This document shows, piece by piece, positions 13,116 to 26,735 of a stretch of DNA of 64,000 nucleotides; within the stretch, counting starts at the first letter, position 1, and every line of letters starts with the position of its first letter. Made by a program: the position numbers and the translations under genes. A model generated the notes under the pieces. The model worked only from the letters and a program-made list of their open reading frames with translations. It ran no database searches and was not told the origin of the DNA. The stretch comes from Phoronis australis (taxonomy: Eukaryota > Animalia > Phoronida). The stretch lies in NCBI GenBank assembly GCA_002633005.1, contig NMRA01000086.1, positions 653,390-717,389 on the forward strand. Reading direction: 5' to 3'.

Positions 13116-14109
13116 CAGATCCCAGACTAGATCATGTATCACTCACTGTGTGAGCAATTGGACAAGGTAGAATCACTCTTGGGCTCAGTCACCTCACTAC
13201 TGCTGCAAGCATGGGGCAAGGAGTAAAGAAATAAACCACCTGTCTCCACCTAAGATTCATGACTAAACTTTTACATTTTTATAAAAGACACCATCAAAAA
13301 TGTTGAATTCCCCCTTTAAATGAGTGCCCATGCATTTGGCCATGGTCATGCACTCAAGTGTTTTGTTGAAGAGTGTACTGGAAGCTCAACAGGCATTTAG
13401 CATGGACCATGTACCATTAAGCTCCAATGAATAGCAAAAACTAATAAAGCAGCAATGTACCAGGACTGTGTTCCGAACACAAAAGAGCCTGGTTAAAACG
13501 CACGATCACACATTAGTCTTTGCGAGGTAATACCATGCATTACAAGCGGACACGCTACAATATAGCAAGTGTCCTACGTCTACAGAAAGCTGCATACAAA
13601 AACCCCAGGGCTCATTTTGCCTCGTTTTTTGTTCATCTGCAATGTTTAAATTCTTGTTCCCTTTTGACTGTGCAGCAACCATATGGATTGTTTTGCAAGG
13701 AAATGAAACTACTTGAAATATATAAATACTATATCAATGTCACTGTGTCCTGTTAACAGGGCATAATCAGCTCAAAGTCACCAAAGTGTCTAAAGGTTGT
13801 TAGAAGCTCAAGACTGATACCATGATAACAAAGTTTGGCCAAGGTCTAAGCTAGGTTATGTATGCACCCAAACCATGGAACTAGCAATAAGCAAGACTAT
13901 TATGAGGAGACATGTGTATATGAATACATTTCAAACTTCAAAAGCGAGTCCCATTTTACTTCAAGTTTGTCTTTATCAGATAACATATCAAAGGTTTGGA
14001 AATAAAACGAATGAACAAGTAGTCTGGTTTTCCACCAAGTATTACATAAGTTTCTGGTTTGTTAAACATTCCCTCTGTCTGCCTTGTCCCTTCCCCCTTT
14101 GTACGGTAC

Positions 14110-14205
14110 CTGAGACAGCTGTCCCAAACCATCTGGCCATGCGTCCACCTGGTTAGGGTCCGTTGGGTATAAGTTGGTAGGAGAACGGTCACCATGACGG
14201 TACAA
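14110..14205 (-). CDS. ACP2-like: Acid phosphatase exon 2, catalytic RHGxRxP motif
   Basis: tttgtag acceptor; [32 protein letters not shown]; GT donor; 96 nt, phase 0/0. Confidence 0.97.
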
Positions 14206-14386
14206 CTACAAACCAAAGCACAACACATTATTAAACACAACAGAGCAAAGAGCAATAAACAACATAGGACTTGAATGACAACTTATGATGTTACACATAC
14301 ATGCAAACCAGACAGCACTCAAACAAGAGGCAAATGCCTATGCCGGTTTTAGTTTTTGTTGTGTCAACTTGGGTATCCACCATTAA

Positions 14387-14750
14387 CACGGTTGAGAAAC
14401 AACATGACCCCCAGTTCTCTTAAATCGGACTGCCTCACCCAAAACAGGACCTCCGGGGATCAACTGGGACCGTCGCACCAGAAAATGGGACTGACGCACC
14501 TAAAAACATGACCGCCCACCAGAAAACAGGACCGCCGGGGACTGAACATGACCACCGGGGATTGAAACCGCATATTGTCCGGAGGTCATGTTCAGTCCCC
14601 GGCGGTCCTGTTTTCTGGTGGGGCGGTCATGTTTTTAGGTGCGTCAGTCCCATTTTCTGGTGCGACGGTCCCATTTGATCCCCGGAGATCCTGTTTTGGG
14701 TGAGTCAGTCCGATTTAGAGGACCGGCGGTCATGTTGTTTCTCACCGGTG
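14387..14750. mobile_element. Foldback MITE with ~170-bp modular arms, CAC...GTG ends, 5-bp TSD ATTAA
   Basis: 14387-14558 is the near-perfect reverse complement of 14579-14750; ATTAA at 14382-14386 and 14751-14755. Confidence 0.92.
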
Positions 14751-15060
14751 ATTAAAAGACTCTTGGCAAACATTACAACTGCCTTTCCCCGCCAACTTGT
14801 TGGATTGTACAGCACAACAAGTTGGGAAGATGACCCCTGTAGCCAATATCTTACACAACTGATTAACTCCATTGTGGCATGGTAGGAGGGCCAGCTCTCT
14901 TTTGTTCGATAACTGCTCTAATCTCTGATGATAAGATCATATCTAGCCTGATTGGGCTGCTATGTTAAAAATAAAAGTTAAGTTAAAACTTATAACATAT
15001 TTGAACACAAACCAATAGCATTTTTGAATTTCTCATCAAATTGAACCACCAAAATCGATA

Positions 15061-15546
15061 TCAGAGATATTGCCATGGATATTTGGTACATGTAATAAGA
15101 ACATCTTACGCGAAAAATAAGCATATTTGCCCACCACAAAGTTTAGTACGTTGATCGCTTAAGAATTAGTAGAAACACCGCTGTTTTGTGACATTTTATC
15201 ACATGTTATGCAGTGGCCCGAAACTTTCTTGGGCGAATCCAGAAATTTGCAAAAGTGGCCGAAAATGTTAGCCTATGAAACGCGTCAAATATCGATTCTA
15301 CATATCCCATGTTCATGCAACTTGCTTACAAGTTATCGGGAGGACTGTACTCTGTTAGTGTTCTTTTGAACGTGGATTTGGTAACAATCAAATAACAGTC
15401 GGATTAAACAGTTGCCAGGTATCTGCTGAGAAGTGTAGAAACTCAGCTCGCATATGTTGGAAATTCCAGGTTGCATTTTGCGACTTGATACGAGCTGACA
15501 AAAATCTCAGCTTGCATTTCCAAATTTCTCGTAATGTCGAGCCCTG
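15061..15546 (-). mobile_element. Partial copy of the hAT-like element at 47413-48736
   Basis: Reverse complement of about 47413-47930, ending tgtcgagccctg. Confidence 0.85.
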
Positions 15547-16682
15547 CCCTCACTGACTGTAGTCAATCTTGTTGTGTTTTTCACTGTATTGGGTGGCTTG
15601 TATGAAATGATTTCATAGCAAATAATTACGTCATCTCATCTCACATGTTTTTGATCTATTTTTAAGAATTAGACTTCTAATTTTTTCTGCTTAGCTTTGA
15701 GGGAAAAAAGAAAGAGGAAATTGTTGAGTCAAACGAGGAACAGATGCAACTGGGAGAAAAATAAATAATATCTTAGTGCTGGAATATCATCAAGTCTCTG
15801 AAACTTGAAAAAATGAAATCGTGGATCACGAAATTCATAATTGTACCTGTGTGAACCGTGATCTGACAATATTTAACGCCTCTCTTTAAAATTGAAAAGA
15901 AGTTAAAGAGCAGGATGAAAAGTTAATCAAGCTAATCACTGAACAGAGAACATTATCTGATAAGTTAGTTCTACATATTCCTAAATCATAATCCTAAATG
16001 CATTTAATTTAAAACATCTTGTTTTCACACTGGAAGACAGCACTGGTGTTTTGAATCAAAAATATGAATGCCATATGTCTATGCTGTCAACTAAACCAAG
16101 AAGATACTGAAGTCCTGTTACTAATAGTTTTAAAACATCACCTTTATTATTTGCATGGGCATGCATCAGAACCATCAACGATATGGCCCAGATAATAGGT
16201 TTGTACAACCTTAGGGTGAGATCTAATTTAAAAAAACAAATAATTAAAATGCGTTCTTATTACAGTGAAGATTAGCAATCTTGTAAACTTCATTTCACAT
16301 TTCATATTTTGACAGTCACATTAACTCATTAGTTTCGAATTAGTATTTTACTTAACGCATAAAAACAGTTTTTTCTGATAACCAACAGTTGTCAAATATA
16401 AAATGATTATCACTCTCATTCCCATCTATATTGTTTACCACCTTTGAAGGGAAGTGAGGATTTTAGGGGGTTGTTTTCTATCTTGAATCAAATGTATTGA
16501 AAAGTTAAAATCTTAGAGTACATTCACAGCATAGACCTACCAGTGATGATTTCGTGCAAAAGGTCAATCAGTACATTTTGATTAAAAACATTGAATCCAT
16601 AACAAAAGACCAATATAGCATGAATACTGCAAAAGTTTGAACCATTCTGAATTGATATCTTAGTCGCAAAATACAATTTAAT

Positions 16683-17372
16683 ACTAGAAATTCAGAGCGT
16701 ACATCCATCACGTACGTCCGTCACACTCACTCAACTTATGTCGAGCTGTCAAAAATTTCTCAGAACATATCATCAAAACATTAGTGTGCTGTAATTGGCC
16801 AACATTCAACTAAATCATTATATAAAAATTGTAAATAAATGCAACTCACAGAAAATTAACATTAATTTTTTTTTAAATTCAAATTCTCTGCGGACGACCA
16901 TCACATCACTTTAAAGGCAATTTTCTCAGTCAGATAAAAAGATAGGAGAAAAGTTGATACAAGCTTTGAAAGCTATCAATGAGACCTATCAATTTTGATG
17001 TATTTTTTTCTTAGGATGAACATTTTTTCACAATTGATAAAAATGTTCTCTGGTTGTACGTCCGTTACAAATGGAATTGCCCTTTTATAAAACGCATTGG
17101 TTTACGATATCAAAAACATAAACAAAATTGTCCCCAATGAACAAAATTTAGCCTCCTGTGGACGCCTGTGCTACCAGGCTACGGCGCCGTCGCCTAGCGC
17201 TGTCTTCGCCATTCACACGCTATTTGTCAGAGTCTCCAGGGTCCACAGCGCCACACACACACGTGTATTGTTGACAAACAATGCCACCCGGCAATGCCTG
17301 GAAAAGCGATGTCTGGATGTCTACCTCGGTACACAAGTACATAAGCCGTTTTGTAGGCAAAACACAAGACTT
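16683..17372 (+). mobile_element. Probable non-autonomous element of a second family
   Basis: Begins actagaaattc followed by a (CCGT/CACT)-type microsatellite; GC-rich block at 17155-17370. Boundaries uncertain. Confidence 0.3.
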
Positions 17373-17437
17373 GGCACAAAGAGTCATCAAAACTACGCCA
17401 ATTTGAGAGCTCTCGTGTATATTTAGTGATTACTTAC

Positions 17438-17536
17438 GATATTAACTTGACGTAAAGTACTAGGAGCAGCAGCATTACATAAGACAAGCACAGAAACCTG
17501 CAAAACTAACGCGACAAGGGAAGCCCCACGCGCCAT
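17438..17536 (-). CDS. ACP2-like: Histidine acid phosphatase (ACP2/ACP3 family), coding exon 1 (signal peptide)
   Basis: ATG in aaaATGG context; MARGASLVALVLQVSVLVLCNAAAPSTLRQVNI (hydrophobic signal peptide, then first strand); GTAAGT donor, phase 0, in frame with the RHGDRSP exon. Confidence 0.9.
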
Positions 17537-17810
17537 TTTTGATTTTCTGTTACCCACTGCCTTAGAGGCGAGTCCATAAGAAATCATAGGGTGACAAGGT
17601 TTCAGAAAGTGTTGTACCGCTTTTCCAAATGGCAAAGCATATCTCTTATTAACACATAAGGACTTCAGGTAATATATTTTGGATACACAATCTCTGAAAC
17701 TAGTATAGCTTGATAGCATTAGTAAAGCCGGGTTGAGCTACGAATTAATGATCTCCCCTTTGGTTGATTGTGCGCCACGTAGAATGTGTTATGGACTGTT
17801 CCCTTTCGGC
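17537..17810. promoter_or_regulatory. Putative bidirectional promoter (includes the phosphatase 5' UTR)
   Basis: Short repeat-free interval with raised CpG content between the minus-strand ATG and a plus-strand candidate exon with a strong donor. Transcription starts cannot be read from sequence. Confidence 0.5.
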
Positions 17811-17884
17811 GGTCTCGTTTTGACACTCGAGAAAATATCACGAACTTCGGTCAGTGAACGAGAGGATTTTGAACCCAATCTCAG
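17800..17884 (+). other. Candidate non-coding first exon of a divergent plus-strand gene (start approximate)
   Basis: Ends in CAG|GTAAGA consensus donor; CpG-rich; no ATG; followed by intron-like sequence. Confidence 0.5.
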
Positions 17885-18727
17885 GTAAGATTCTGTACTT
17901 ACTGACCTGATACACAAACCTTCACGATTTCTACACTACTGCACAAGTAGCGTGGATGGGCTTACATTCCGTATCACTGTGTTCGATAGTTTTTACTGGA
18001 ATGCGCAACCATTCCATTTTCACGACCCACACGCAATCCTCCGGGCTCCGTACCTACCACCCGACGGCGACGATGCATTCTCCACTGAATGAAGTCCATG
18101 AAGCAAACCGTTGCGTAACAGCTCGATCAATGGTGGCAGCATAACATAACGTTTAGAGTTGCTGGCAAGTTTTAACGACGGCGGGAAATTCACACGAGTC
18201 TCGTGTAGTAATCGTCAAAACTGCGTTGGTCTGTGCACCTAGTTGATTCATTTTTCATTTTATTTGGACGTTCGATGTTATTGCTAAGGTCAGTAGGCCT
18301 ACTGTGCCACTTGGCGATTCATTGCATTAAAAAGTACGTGATCCCCAGGCATGGCATTGCCTCGTCCAGTGCAGAGGGTTGGCACTATTCGAATACATGT
18401 AGTGGTTCTTGCAGTGGTCATCCCCTTCCGAGCTGTATCAGTTTGGAGGCACTTTACAGATAATTTACCAAACACTTCATATGAACTTTGAAAGAATAAG
18501 TAAACTCATCTCACAGTCATGAAGTGTTATTCTTGATTTATCATAGCCCCAGTTCTGAGTGAAAGTACTAGAACAGTTGACCTGTGATTGATATTTGAAT
18601 CATGGAATGAATTTTGGTTTCTGTCTTGACTTAGTTACATGACCTAGATAAATTGAGGCTGTTATTATTATTAACAATGACAAAAGAAACAATAAACTGA
18701 TGTTAAAGAAATATTAATATAAATGAA

Positions 18728-20266
18728 TTTTTATGCGCCCACATATTTATATGTGGACGCATTATGCCGTCATCTCCGTCCGTACGGGCGGCGTCCGTCC
18801 GGCGTCCGGCGTCCGCTGCTCTATCTCCAAAACCCTTTGACAAATGTTCATGAAATTTGGCACATATGTTCCATTCATGAATGGGACGGCATGTGCGAAC
18901 TTTCGGACGGATCCGACTACCGGTGTGCCCCCTAGTGGCAATTTTAGTTTTTTACGCTTACCTTTGTATCTTCAAAAGTCCTGAACGGATTTTCATGAAA
19001 TTTGGTATGTAGGCACCTATTAGTGAGATGACGCTATCCTCCCGTTTTCAGATGGATTCGACATAGTTTGCGCCACCTAGTGGCCATTTTTAGTGTTTTC
19101 GAGTCTGTTTTTGTGCGTCCACCCCTCTATCAACCAAACCGCTCAAAGGATGATTGTGAAAATTGGCATGTATATGCTTACTATGTAGAGGATGGTTGAC
19201 GATGATTTTCCGACGATTTCGACTACTGTGGCGCCTCCTAGTGGCAGTTTTGTTTTTTTGCGCCTATGGCTGTATCTCCTAAACCGTTCGCAGGATCTTT
19301 ACAAATTGTGTAAGTATATTTATATGATGTTAACAACGGAAGATGACGACTTTTGGTCGGATCCGACTACCGGTGTGCCCCCTAGTGGCAATTTTAGTTT
19401 TTTACGCTTACCTTTGTATCTTCAAAAGTATTGAACGGATTTTCATGAAATTTGGTATGTAGGCACCTATTAGTGAGATGACGCTATCCTACTGTTTTCA
19501 GATGGATTCGACGTAGTTTGCGCCACCTAGTGGCCATTTTTACTGTTTTCGAGTCTGTATTTTTGCGTCCACCCCTCTATCAACCAAACCGCTCAAAGGA
19601 TGATTGTGAAAATTGGCGTGTATGTGCTTACTATAAGGAAGACAGCTGACAATGATTTTCAGACGATTTGGACTACTGTGGCGCCTCCTAGTGGCAGTTT
19701 TTTTTTTTTGCGCCCATGGCTGTATCTCCCAAACCGTTTGCAGGATCTTTACTAAATTTAGCAAGTGTATTTATGTGATGTTGACAACGGACGATGACGA
19801 CTTTAGGATGATTCTGACTACCGGTATGCCTCTAGTGGCAATTTTAGTATTTGCCTCTAGTGGCAATTTTAGTATTTTACATTGACCTCTGTATTTTCAT
19901 AGGTCTTCAGGTGTATACTTTGTGTTACTTCGTGACTATGAAGGAAAAGTTCCAAGTAGAAATTTGTTTCTGGCATTCTAATGCTGTGCTAATCTCGTAT
20001 GTTGGTAAATTTGTTTTTAATTCTATGTTTCTGTGGTGCTTTAAGCAACTGGTGTATAGGATGTGCTTGTATTATGAAGATCACTCACATTTTGAAACCT
20101 AGCCTATTGAGGAGACAATGACCATGCCTTTCCATTTTGCAAAGTACAACATACTACATATATGCTCTCTACTGGCCACTTTATGGTACCAATAAACAAC
20201 CCTAGAAGGATACCGTATATACGGTGCAATTGTGGGTGCATTTCAACGCTCTGCGTTGCTCTTGTT
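18728..20266 (+). mobile_element. Full-length Helentron-associated element (HINE/DINE-1-like) with internal ~150-bp tandem array
   Basis: 5' T-run, subTIR ATGCGCCCACA with adjacent inverted copy TGTGGACGCAT, (GTCC)-like microsatellite, 450-bp trimeric repeat, 3' subTIR TGTGGGTGCAT, hairpin CAACGC-TCT-GCGTTG, CTCTTGTT end; no TSD. Confidence 0.88.
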
Positions 20267-21881
20267 AATAATAACCATTGATGTGGTGAATTTAGTTGTG
20301 ATATCAAGAGAATTTTGCTTGTACTGTTTTGGACTATGTTTAAATTAAAATACTTTAAAGAGGCCTGGAATGCGATAAACAGACTAAATTGCAATATTGA
20401 AAGTGGCTCTCTGCCACTGAAGCAGAATTCAACCAGCTCACCAGGTATTTTTTAGGGTTTGTTGGTAAAGATTTTTAATTTCTGTTGATATCAATGCATT
20501 TTCTTTTAGTTTCAAATTTAAAAGAAAATGATTTGTCAACTACTCGCCACTTCGTCGATTTTTCTAGCACGATGTAAAGTACTTCTCCTTATTTGATTTG
20601 GGAAGACATAGACATAGCACATTTCCCTTATGTGGAAAATGTGACCTTTGACCTCAAACGACTTCAAGCAACTGACTGTGAGTGCATGCGTGCATTTATC
20701 CTAATGGAATGGAGATTAAAAACTCTGTGGTAACCACAGAGTTGTTCCTTCGCTCATATTTCAAAAATAGTGAATTTTGTACTTCAACAGTAATGCACAG
20801 TAGTGCAAACAGATAACTGTGTTTAACTTTTTATTTTTATAGGTGACAATGGACTTATTTACAAACATATCTCATATAAATCATTTGTTTATTCAATGAC
20901 TTTAAAATGAAAGTCTATGACTAGATACAGACGTGTTTGAAACATTTCACTCAAATTGCTAGTTATGTCAACATTGACTAAGTACAAAAAGTTTAAAGTC
21001 TAGAGGTAAACATTTCAGGAGCATTGTCCTGTTTTCCCCACAAAGTAGACAGTCCGAGTGAAGTGTCTTGGTGAAGCCAGTCGCATTTTTATCGATAGTC
21101 GAGCCAACGTTTTCTCTCAGTTTTATGTCTTCCATTCTTGTAGTCAATACTCCCAAAATGTCTGTCTGAAATCAATGTTCTGAAGCTGGTACAACAGTAA
21201 AAAAATTGCACATTATGCGAGCCATTAATCATGAATACAATTGCATTTTCCATTTATTTGAATGGGGACTGTTAGGCCTGTTGATGAAAACCAATATTTA
21301 ATTTCAAACAAACGTTTGCAACTATGACATTCTAGTAATTTTCAGAATTGTCACAAACTCATTCTTCCACCTGAGAACCATCTATTCTCAAGTTTGGAGC
21401 CAAGTGCAAGAATGTCAATGTCGGATGTTGTGGGCAAAAATTCTGTACTTTGAAAGGTCTGCCATTCGTCGCACAGGTATTTGAGTTTCGTTGATTGAGC
21501 CCAGCATTATCACCACGATTCGAATCTGGATTATTTGTTATATCTGCATCCGAGTCAACATCTGTATCTGGAACATCCCTCGGTTTGTAAAATAATCCTT
21601 AGCAGTCTTTAGGCCTATGCCTTCCTGCATCAGACGACATTACTTAGTATGTAGAATGCGCATGCCAATCGGTAGCGGAAGCCAGGGTAAGAGCTCAATA
21701 ACGTAAGGACAATGCTGGGAAACAAGACTGCGAGATTACATGAGATATTGCCATGTGTTTTCAATGAGAACCAGTGATTTTGGCTAGATTTTCTTGCCGC
21801 GAGACGTATATTGAACTCTACCCACTGACGACACTAGCTGTCCGAAATCTCGGAAACACTCACCCAACCCCCCCCCCCCCC

Positions 21882-22010
21882 NNNNNNNNNNNNNNNNNNN
21901 NNNNNNNNNNNNNNNNNNNNNNNNNNNNNNNNNNNNNNNNNNNNNNNNNNNNNNNNNNNNNNNNNNNNNNNNNNNNNNNNNNNNNNNNNNNNNNNNNNNN
22001 NNNNNNNNNN
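21882..22010. other. Assembly gap (129 N) flanked by poly-C
   Basis: N run with caaccccc on both sides. Confidence 0.99.
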
Positions 22011-22829
22011 CAACCCCCCCCCCCTGCAAATGTCACGCACAGCTGCTACCAAAGCAGAGTCAGCAGTTTTTCACAGGGGTATGCACCACAGGTGTAATGC
22101 TCATGCTGCTAACATAGCTCCTTATAAGGCAATGTGATGTGCATAATCTCTATTGGCCAGTGACATTGAGAAATGCACCAAAAATAACCAATAATATCAG
22201 TTTAGGTGAGAAATGCACCAACGACAACCAATAAGAGTCGTCAAAAAGCGTTTCCATTCTAAGTTTTCTTGAGATGTCTAACACTCACTCAGCTGTCGGT
22301 AAGGCAAACTAGTCCCAGTCTCTCAATAACTTTCTACACCTGCGTCATTTAGCGAGCTGACTGAGTATGACATGTGACGTATTTTGATTTCAAAATAGAT
22401 CACATTAAACATGTTCTTCCTGGTATCGCGCTTTGCTTTTACTCCTTAAAAAGAAAACCTGTCAGTGTCAAGTCTTAATGATATTTGACACGCAAATGAT
22501 GCGCTGAAAATTCCCAATGTTAGTAGTGAAGTAGGAGAGATTCATGCAGCATGAAAATTATTGAATTTAAACCTTGAGTTCATATTGCATGTTTGAGAGA
22601 GCTCAACTCGGTTCAGTTTTAAATCCCAGGATCATTTAATCTTGTCGGACCGGCTCACGCCACGTCGTGAGTGTAAAAAGTAAGTGAGATACTTGGCCCG
22701 TTTGAGTCGGTAAGTCTGGCCAGTGTTGCGGAGAACACAAAATATTGAAAATTGTGTGCTACAAAAATAATATTACGGTGGCCCCAAAGATGGCCAGTGT
22801 ATAAATCCCATCGCAATAGTGTCTCTGAC

Positions 22830-23445
22830 TAGTTCTTAGTGGCTTTTTTCATTATTTTCGAGTCTGGTTTTAACGTCCATCTTTCTATTGGCCAAATCTT
22901 ACTAAGAATCGTTATGAAAATTGGTATGTGTGTTCCTATTGGGAAGCACATGACTGACAACGGTTTTTGGACAGTTTTGGCAACTGCCATCCCCCTGGTG
23001 GAAGTTTTGTGTTTTTCGCATAAACCAGGGATATTCCTAGACTGCACTTTTGTGCCATTAGCGCATAAAAAAATAAAAAGGCGCAAGTATGTTGCAGCAG
23101 CGCACCCCCACCCCCCAGGTGCATCTGTTAAAATGCACTACTTCCAAAAATGCAATTGCAGACTTAGTTTAAAAATAGTAATTATCCCTTGTATCTGAAT
23201 CATGTGCCAAATTGCACCTTATGTTATCTTCCATGCCCATCTGGAGTCCAGCTTTTGCAGCTGTATCTCAAACCCATTAGTGGATGTCCATGAAATTTTG
23301 TAAACATGTTCCTAGCATGAGCAAATTTTCGGATGAATTGGAATGCCGGCATGGCCCCTATTGGCAATTTTGTGTGCCTAACTGTATCTTAGGAGTTCCT
23401 TGAAGGATTTTCATGAAATTTGGTAGATAGGTATCTATTAAGCAG
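22830..23445 (+). mobile_element. Degenerate HINE-family array
   Basis: Monomer blocks (tttcatgaaatttgg, gcccctattggcaatttt, ctgtatctc). Confidence 0.7.
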
Positions 23446-23999
23446 CGCTTGACAGGTGAAAATCTCCACTCGAAAAATACGAGTGGTGGCATATTTGCAC
23501 TTGTATTTTTGAATTTGGGTTAGTTAAATGTAGCGACCAAAAACAGGTTAGAACATCGCTTAGCACTTGTACGGTACAGGTCATCTAATTTGAGGACCGT
23601 ATTTCTAATTTTTCCACTTGTATTTTCAATTGTTTCACTCATTGTACCCGTTGCCAGTGCCAGTGGTTGCCAGAAACATCGTCTTGTTAGTGTCTTCTGC
23701 AACTTGCAATGCATTTAACGATGTTTTGAATGAAGGAACCTTGTTGTTTCTTAAAATGCCACCTATTGGCATGTAACACCACTAGCCAAGCTGAAGTCCA
23801 TGAGAGATGGACGCTTACTCAAATAAGTAAATTCCAGCATTTGACTTTTTTCTGTGTTTTGATACCTCAACTGGATGTGTCAAAACTTTTTTTTTTCTAG
23901 GTTAAGTATATACCTGAACTGCCAGTTGGGGTTGACGGTCAAGGAGATGCAATCTACTTGACTTGTTGGAGCCTTAAGTCCCATCCACATACGTACTTA

Positions 24000-24310
24000 A
24001 CCTAGAACAACTTGTGCTAGTGCAGCTTGTCCCACTAATAGTGGAGCGTCCACACACACATTTTGCTCTGCGCTTTGAGCAGCTGATGGGAATACTCAGG
24101 TACAAAAGAAGACCAGTCTGTATGTAACCACAAGTTTGCAGACACACAGCTTTTAGAAGTGGCGCATGTTCCCCTTGAACAAGTTACCCTACCTTGATAA
24201 GGTGGAATTAGTTGACACAAGAGGGGAAAGTTGCACTAGTTTAAATACTGTCTATGCAGCCCCCAAACCTAGCGACCCCTCGTTCCAAGAGAAACTTGTT
24301 CTAGGGTACG
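24000..24310. repeat. Dispersed repeat with inverted ends; related pieces at about 56230-56430 and 62635-62775
   Basis: cctagaacaacttg ... acttgttctagg ends; 24170-24300 matches 62650-62770 in reverse complement. Confidence 0.6.
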
Positions 24311-26626
24311 ACTATGTGTGGACCACACTCTAAATGCAGACTATGTGTTGCATGGGATACACATGTGAGCTTTTTGTGTTTTTCAAATAAAAGACTGTCA
24401 CCATTCACATGCTGCTTCATCAGAAGGTAGATTGGACGTCTGATTTGCTGTCAGAAAAATATTCAACCTGAATGCATGTCGGATGGATGTGACATCCTAT
24501 CACCTGGCCTCAAACCGATTGGCAGATCAGCCTTCATACCATGAGATGGCTACATTTCAAAGATGTAATCTGTGGTTACTGTGATTTCTGAACGATTCCT
24601 TGCCAGCACAGAGCTGCATGGGAGCCCTTTCGGAAACAGGTACTATTGGATTCACCCTGGCTTCAGAATGCCTCACACCAGGGCGTATGACAAGTAATTA
24701 ATCATAACTGAATTTGTGACTAATTCTTGACACGTTGATTACAGCAAAATGACTCCCTAATTTGATCAGCTACACAACAGTTGTGCGTCAACGTTGCTTG
24801 AAATGATATATTTTGTGGACCCACTAAGATTGGAGATTACAAATTTTTGCTCTTATTGGAAAATTTCGTGGTTCTCAGTGAGCTACCATCTTTGTCGGGG
24901 AAATCCATATTTGTCCTGTGGTAGCGCGAGTCAGGACCTGACCAGCGGTAGCAGTGGTGGTTATGGATGCTGTCTGTTGTGTACAGTAGCTTGCTAAGCA
25001 TCAACATCAGATGAATGTGACCTACATCCTCCAGACGTCAGCAACTATCACAATAAGAGCCAGACGGCATGTAACCAACAGTACCTTTGGAATGTTCTGC
25101 CTTTACAGTTGCCACCAAACGATATGCAAAATTACCCTGTATACTACCTAGTCTCATGATGTTTAAAATCATGTGCACTCCCAAATTGTAGAAATCTGCC
25201 ATTGTCACGAATTGATTCTTGACTTTCAAAGCACTGAAATCATAAACAACGTTAGAACAGATATATTATGCACAATTGTGAATCAACGAGACAGTGATAT
25301 GCAGAATGTTGCATAATTAGGTAAAGGTTAAACACTGTCAGATTAAATAATGTCTGTTGTCCTGGTGAAGAGTCCAGTGTACTGGAGAGTTCTAGGGGAT
25401 TCTCTACTATTGTACCAATGTTGAGTGAGCCGAGTTGTGTTTCAGTGTATTACAACGCTGTAGACACACACATGTGACAACATGACACAGCTATTTACAA
25501 GAGACCAACTGTCTAATTACCACCAAGTCAGGGTCCGATCATTCCGCATTCACACCACTTTGACTTCATGTCCTCCAGTTGATAACTATAAACCGATCTC
25601 TTAACTCTCAGACGTAACTTCCCCATGCAGAATCCACTCTGCAACTCTTGACTGACTGTGATAGCCCCCATCACAACTTCCACATTTGCATACAAATAAT
25701 GCTAGCCTGTACCTCTACAGACTAGTGAATGAGGCTGGCCACTAGCTTTTCAAACCTCAACAGGCACTTGTGCAACAATTGACCTGATCGCCAGGACTTA
25801 GAGTGACGGCTTAACTGACCATTTAGTAATCATCATTCTTGACACACCTTCGTTTCCAAGCTGCCGTTTTACCCGACAAACCACACGTTGCTTGGTAAAA
25901 GTTATTGTTTGTTAGTGGACATTACGCAAGGGGACGAAGCTTGCGATAGGTCAATTCAGCCTCTGGCTTCCATGTCTCGATCAGTAAACAACAGAGCATG
26001 AGCTACACTGGACACTCAATACCAGTAGTGCCCCCACCCAATTGTTTGCAGGAAATAATTTCACTGTTCAACTGTATAACACTGTGCACTGCTTAGGGTA
26101 TGTTCACAAACAAATGAGCCCCACTCAAAAATCCACGAAAGACAATCCTTTTTTAATCTCCTTGGCCTAGATGAGATATGACATATCTCCTGGCGAGCGT
26201 GGTGTTAAAAATGGCCTGTTGTTGATTTGGGTAACTGAACAAAGTACTGCTCAAAAAAAGTTTGATTACAGGAGTATTTGTTCGAGTTGGAAAGATATTA
26301 AAGACATTGACTGCATCCTAAGGTGTGGGTTGTTCTAAAGCCCCCTCGACCCCCTCACCCCATGACCTTGCCCATCAACCCACATGACCTGCAGCAATAG
26401 AAAAAAATTACGCAAATTTTTGCAAAGTGAGCTTGCGACTAACCGCTATCACATGGTTCAACAGAGCAGTCGATGGTCATTGGCATCGCTGATTTTTGCG
26501 AAAATAACTGCAAAAGAAAAACACATTCACGGAAGAAAATCAAAGATTTTTTATAAAAAAAGCTCCGAACAACTATGAAGTGTTGTCTAAGATAAATTGA
26601 ATGTAATTTTGATGACTTTTGGGCAT

Positions 26627-26735
26627 TTCATTCTTTTATTCTCATTGATATCAACCAAGGATGCGTTATAAACTCCCGACATTTCATTCTTCTTTTCTTC
26701 TCACTGATATCAACCAAGGATGCGTTATAAACTCC
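26627..26735 (+). repeat. Two-copy ~58-bp tandem duplication
   Basis: ctca.tgatatcaaccaaggatgcgttataaactcc occurs twice in tandem. Confidence 0.9.

Noticed and set aside
18901-19870. Repeat-spacer (CRISPR-like) reading of the regularly spaced cctagtggc motifs
   Set aside because: Intervening sequences are homologous monomers within a HINE, not unique spacers.
21774-22097. ORFs spanning the N gap
   Set aside because: Artefact of unknown bases and poly-C.
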